This document shows positions 60,798-64,000 of a DNA stretch of 64,000 nucleotides, in pieces (positions within the stretch are counted from its first letter, which is position 1; every line of letters starts with the position of its first letter). The translations under genes and the position numbers were made by a program. The notes beneath the pieces are model-generated. The model saw only the letters and a list, made by a program, of their open reading frames with translations, was not told the origin of the DNA and did not search any database. Location: the NCBI GenBank assembly GCA_963701855.1, contig CAVPBK010000006.1:1536001-1600000 (forward strand). The letters are read 5' to 3'. Source of the stretch: Nitrospirota bacterium (GTDB lineage: Bacteria; Nitrospirota; Nitrospiria; Nitrospirales; Nitrospiraceae).

Positions 60798-61732
60798 CGT
60801 TTCTTGAGCTGGAACGTCACGCGTCGCACGAGACCGTGCGCAACTATGGTTCGGACCTCCGACAGTTTCAGACGTTCATGAGGGCGGAACATCCCGACGT
60901 GCCTACGTTCGATCCTGCTACAGTGCAAACGGAGTCCATTCTGGCCTATCTTCACTGGTTGGATCGCAAGCGTGAAAAAAGCACGTCGATGGCTCGGAAA
61001 CTCGCCTCCCTTCGCAGTTTCTATCGCTATCTGCAGCGAGAGAGCAGAGTGGGCCTCAATCCTGCCGAGGCTATCAGGACGCCGAAACAGCCGAAACATC
61101 TTCCGCGTGTCTTGACCAAAGACGACGCGGCAGCGCTGATGGGGTTTCCTTCCGATCAGGCAGGAGGGTCGCACCGAGACCGCGCCTTGCTGGAGACGCT
61201 CTATTCGACCGGGGCTCGTGTGAGTGAACTCGTGGGGATCAATCTCGACGATATCCATGCGTCCGAGGGGGTACTCCATCTGCGAGGAAAAGGCCGGAAG
61301 GAGCGCATCGTGCCGATCGGAGAGGTAGCTCTATGGGCCATTCAGGCATATCTGGATCAACGGCCTCTGCCTCCGATGGACTCTCGAGATCTGGTGACGA
61401 AGACGAAGCGTGTCTCGTCACCGGTCTTTCGAAATAGCCGAGGGGGACGGTTAACGACCCGGAGCGTCGCTCGCATCGTGGCCCGCTATTCTAGCCGGCT
61501 TGCCGGTGGTTCCGTGAGTCCCCATACGTTGCGGCACTCCTTTGCCACCCATCTCCTTGATGAAGGGGCCGACCTGCGGTCGATTCAAGAGATGCTTGGT
61601 CATGTTTCATTGAGTACGACCCAAAAGTATACACATCTAGCCACGGACCAGCTCCTGGCCGTCTATGATAAGGCGCATCCGCGGGCTGGTCGCCCGACCG
61701 GCTTGCATGCCACGAAGGACGATAAGCCATGA
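60770..61732 (+). CDS. xerC: Tyrosine recombinase XerC
   Basis: TGARVSEL, GKGRKER, PHTLRHSFATH, LGH, TTQKY; follows trmFO. Confidence 0.92.
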   Translation: MDDAIRAFMTFLELERHASHETVRNYGSDLRQFQTFMRAEHPDVPTFDPATVQTESILAYLHWLDRKREKSTSMARKLASLRSFYRYLQRESRVGLNPAEAIRTPKQPKHLPRVLTKDDAAALMGFPSDQAGGSHRDRALLETLYSTGARVSELVGINLDDIHASEGVLHLRGKGRKERIVPIGEVALWAIQAYLDQRPLPPMDSRDLVTKTKRVSSPVFRNSRGGRLTTRSVARIVARYSSRLAGGSVSPHTLRHSFATHLLDEGADLRSIQEMLGHVSLSTTQKYTHLATDQLLAVYDKAHPRAGRPTGLHATKDDKP

Positions 61733-61828
61733 TGAGGATGGTCACAGCGGCAAAAACAGACTCTGAGCATCAATCGCCGTATGGGGCGAGCATCGCGTGT
61801 CGCGCTTTTCTCGCAACGGGAGCTACTC

Positions 61829-62725
61829 ATGAACAGACTCATTAAAAAGGCCAATGTCCTGATCGAAGCCTTGCCCTACATCCGCACATTCAAGGGCAAG
61901 ACGATAGTCATTAAATATGGCGGTCATGCGATGACCGATGCGCCGTTGAAAGAGAAGTTTGCCCAGGATGTCGTGCTCCTGAAGTATGTGGGTCTCAACC
62001 CGGTCATCGTGCACGGCGGGGGGCCTCAGATCGATAAAATGCTCCAGCGCTTGGGCATCGAAGCCAAGTTTCGCCATGGCGTACGGGTCACAGATGAAGC
62101 CACGATGGAAATCGTGGAGATGGTATTGGCCGGCAAGATCAACATGGAAATCGTCGATCTCTTGAATCGCCATGGTGGCCTTGCGGTCGGCTTGAGTGGA
62201 AAGGACGGCGGGCTCATGCTTTCTCGTCCGCTCACGGCCAAAGCCTGGGCAGCCAGTCTGGAAAAGGATCTCGATGATGGCGAGGGAGACGAAGATTTTG
62301 GTTTGGTCGGAGAAGTTCAGTCTATCGATCCCACGTTGGTGCGGAAACTTCAGCAGGATCATTATATTCCCGTCATTGCACCGATCGGCACTAACCGGGA
62401 AGGGAACACATACAATATCAACGCTGATCTGGTGGCCGGATCGATGGCCGCTGCGCTGGGCGCGGAAAAACTGGTGATGATGACCGATGTGAAAGGTATT
62501 CGCGATGCGAACGGGCGTCATCTCTCGACGGTCTCACGCAAAGATGTGCAGCGTATGGTGAAGAAGGGCACGATCGGCGAAGGGATGTTGCCCAAGGTCC
62601 ATGCCTGTTTGGATGCGCTCGGAGGCGGTGTGGGTAAAGCCCATATCATCGACGGTCGAATCCCCCATGCCATTCTTCTCGAAGTGTTCACGCGCAAAGG
62701 TATCGGGACTGAAATCACCGCATAG
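61829..62725 (+). CDS. argB: Acetylglutamate kinase
   Basis: IKYGG, VHGGGPQI, YNINAD, GMLPKV. Confidence 0.97.
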   Translation: MNRLIKKANVLIEALPYIRTFKGKTIVIKYGGHAMTDAPLKEKFAQDVVLLKYVGLNPVIVHGGGPQIDKMLQRLGIEAKFRHGVRVTDEATMEIVEMVLAGKINMEIVDLLNRHGGLAVGLSGKDGGLMLSRPLTAKAWAASLEKDLDDGEGDEDFGLVGEVQSIDPTLVRKLQQDHYIPVIAPIGTNREGNTYNINADLVAGSMAAALGAEKLVMMTDVKGIRDANGRHLSTVSRKDVQRMVKKGTIGEGMLPKVHACLDALGGGVGKAHIIDGRIPHAILLEVFTRKGIGTEITA

Positions 62726-62751
62726 TCAGTTCATCCGGTCAATTTTTTGTT

Positions 62752-63627
62752 GTGATAACCCACCGCTTGCGAATCACCCGTCAGCTTGAGGCCCTCGTCG
62801 GCGAACGCCATCCTGAGACAAGTCCTCGCGCCCTTCGGAAGACGGCGCATTATCTGGCGACGCAGTTTGCCAAGTTAGGATGGACCACCAGTGGTCAGCT
62901 TGTGAGTGCGTGGGGCAAGATCTATCGCAATATGGTGGCGATCAAGTATCCGGACAAGCCGGGCCGAGGAGGGGATTTGCCGCCGCTCCTGATCGGAGCC
63001 CACTACGACACCGTATCCGGTTCGCCGGGCGCGGACGATAACGCGAGCGGGCTGGTGGTTCTTCTCGAAGTAGCGTCACGTCTCCGCGCGCGACCTCTCG
63101 CGCGACCCATCTGGCTCGTGGCATTCTGTCTTGAAGAGCAGGATCGACTAGGAAGTCAGGCGTTCGCGTCCCGCTTGAAAGCCGAGCGTCGCGAGCTGGT
63201 CGGTGCGATTATTTTGGAATGTGTCGGGTTTGCCAGGAGCGAGGCAGGCACGCAGCAGAGCCCACCAGGTGTGCCCATCGCAGTGCCGACCCAGGGGGAC
63301 TTTCTTGCCATTGTGGGCAATGAGACATCCCGGTCTTTGGTGCGTCAGCTTGAACAGGAGGCCCGGCAACATGCGGCCAAGCTCAAGACTCTGTCATTGG
63401 TGGTGCCGGGCCGAGGGGAGGCCATGCCTCATACCCGTCGTAGCGATCATGCCTCGTTCTGGGATGCAGGCTATCCAGCCGTAGTGTTGACCGATACAGC
63501 GAACTTCCGAAATCCGCATTACCATCGTGAGACCGATACCGTGGCCACGCTGAATCTGGAATTTCTCTTGAACGTAGCAGCGACAGTGACCGCAACGGCG
63601 ATACAGATTGCAGGAGTACGACTATGA
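62752..63627 (+). CDS. M28 family peptidase
   Basis: GAHYD, GADDNASG, EE, SDH, PHYH. Confidence 0.9.
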   Translation: MITHRLRITRQLEALVGERHPETSPRALRKTAHYLATQFAKLGWTTSGQLVSAWGKIYRNMVAIKYPDKPGRGGDLPPLLIGAHYDTVSGSPGADDNASGLVVLLEVASRLRARPLARPIWLVAFCLEEQDRLGSQAFASRLKAERRELVGAIILECVGFARSEAGTQQSPPGVPIAVPTQGDFLAIVGNETSRSLVRQLEQEARQHAAKLKTLSLVVPGRGEAMPHTRRSDHASFWDAGYPAVVLTDTANFRNPHYHRETDTVATLNLEFLLNVAATVTATAIQIAGVRL

Positions 63628-64000
63628 AGGTGAGTCGAATGAAACTGTCTTCCGCAACCCGCCGTCTCATAAATGAGGTCTATGACCGTCTCGACTATGG
63701 CGCACTGGGACCGGTCTACTGTTATGAAGGCGGCGATGAGTTCTGGCGAGTGAAGCGGGGGTTCTGCAACCGTCTCGGGAGTCTGGTCGCCGTGGCGTTG
63801 AGGAAAAAACTAGGACGGAGAGGCCGCAGCCTCTACGTCGGTGCCGGGGTGGCGGAACTGCCTCCTTTGATGATGGAAACGGTGGAACTGGGTCGAATGG
63901 TAGAACCCTATAATCTCAGGAGAGCCGAAGTCGCAACCCTCAACCGTGCCTGCCATCCGATTCCCGTCACGTTCCACGCAATTAATGCGGCCAGGGCGAA
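63624..64000 (+). CDS. Hypothetical protein, runs off the window end
   Basis: ATGA overlap and AGGAG RBS; open to the window end; LYVGAGVAE is weakly SAM-motif-like. Confidence 0.6.
   Translation, partial: MKVSRMKLSSATRRLINEVYDRLDYGALGPVYCYEGGDEFWRVKRGFCNRLGSLVAVALRKKLGRRGRSLYVGAGVAELPPLMMETVELGRMVEPYNLRRAEVATLNRACHPIPVTFHAINAARA

Noticed and set aside
60770..61732. Island integrase
   Set aside because: Sequence and the trmFO context indicate housekeeping XerC

Overview
Bacterial chromosomal window. The gene families and intergenic repeats look Nitrospira-like; this is an inference, as no rRNA is present. Positions ~1-48,200 form a mosaic accessory region. It holds lipoprotein clusters, two sigma-54 regulator modules with recognisable -24/-12 promoters, a tandem GNAT pair and a higBA locus whose toxin is frameshifted at a (CGATC)4 tract. 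It also holds three att-like integrative-element ends (two ending in a tRNA-Lys 3' half), an intact and a decayed IS3, a Met-rich peptide + cytochrome b + MsrP-like operon, tyrosine-integrase remnants and many gene fragments. Two of the att-like repeats bracket a ~4 kb cassette with a serine palmitoyltransferase-like gene, a membrane protein and a KDSR-like SDR; this possible mobile sphingolipid module is the best candidate for an undescribed system. Positions ~48,300-64,000 are mostly core genome: HEAT-repeat protein, OmpA/MotB, mscL, DUF481, tRNA-Ser, ffs, dnaX-ybaB-recR, dksA, tRNA-Val, trmFO, xerC, argB and an M28 peptidase. CTAG-targeting MITE-like elements and 7-/9-nt periodic palindromes are interspersed. 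No CRISPR array was seen. All family assignments come from motif recognition by eye, without database searches.
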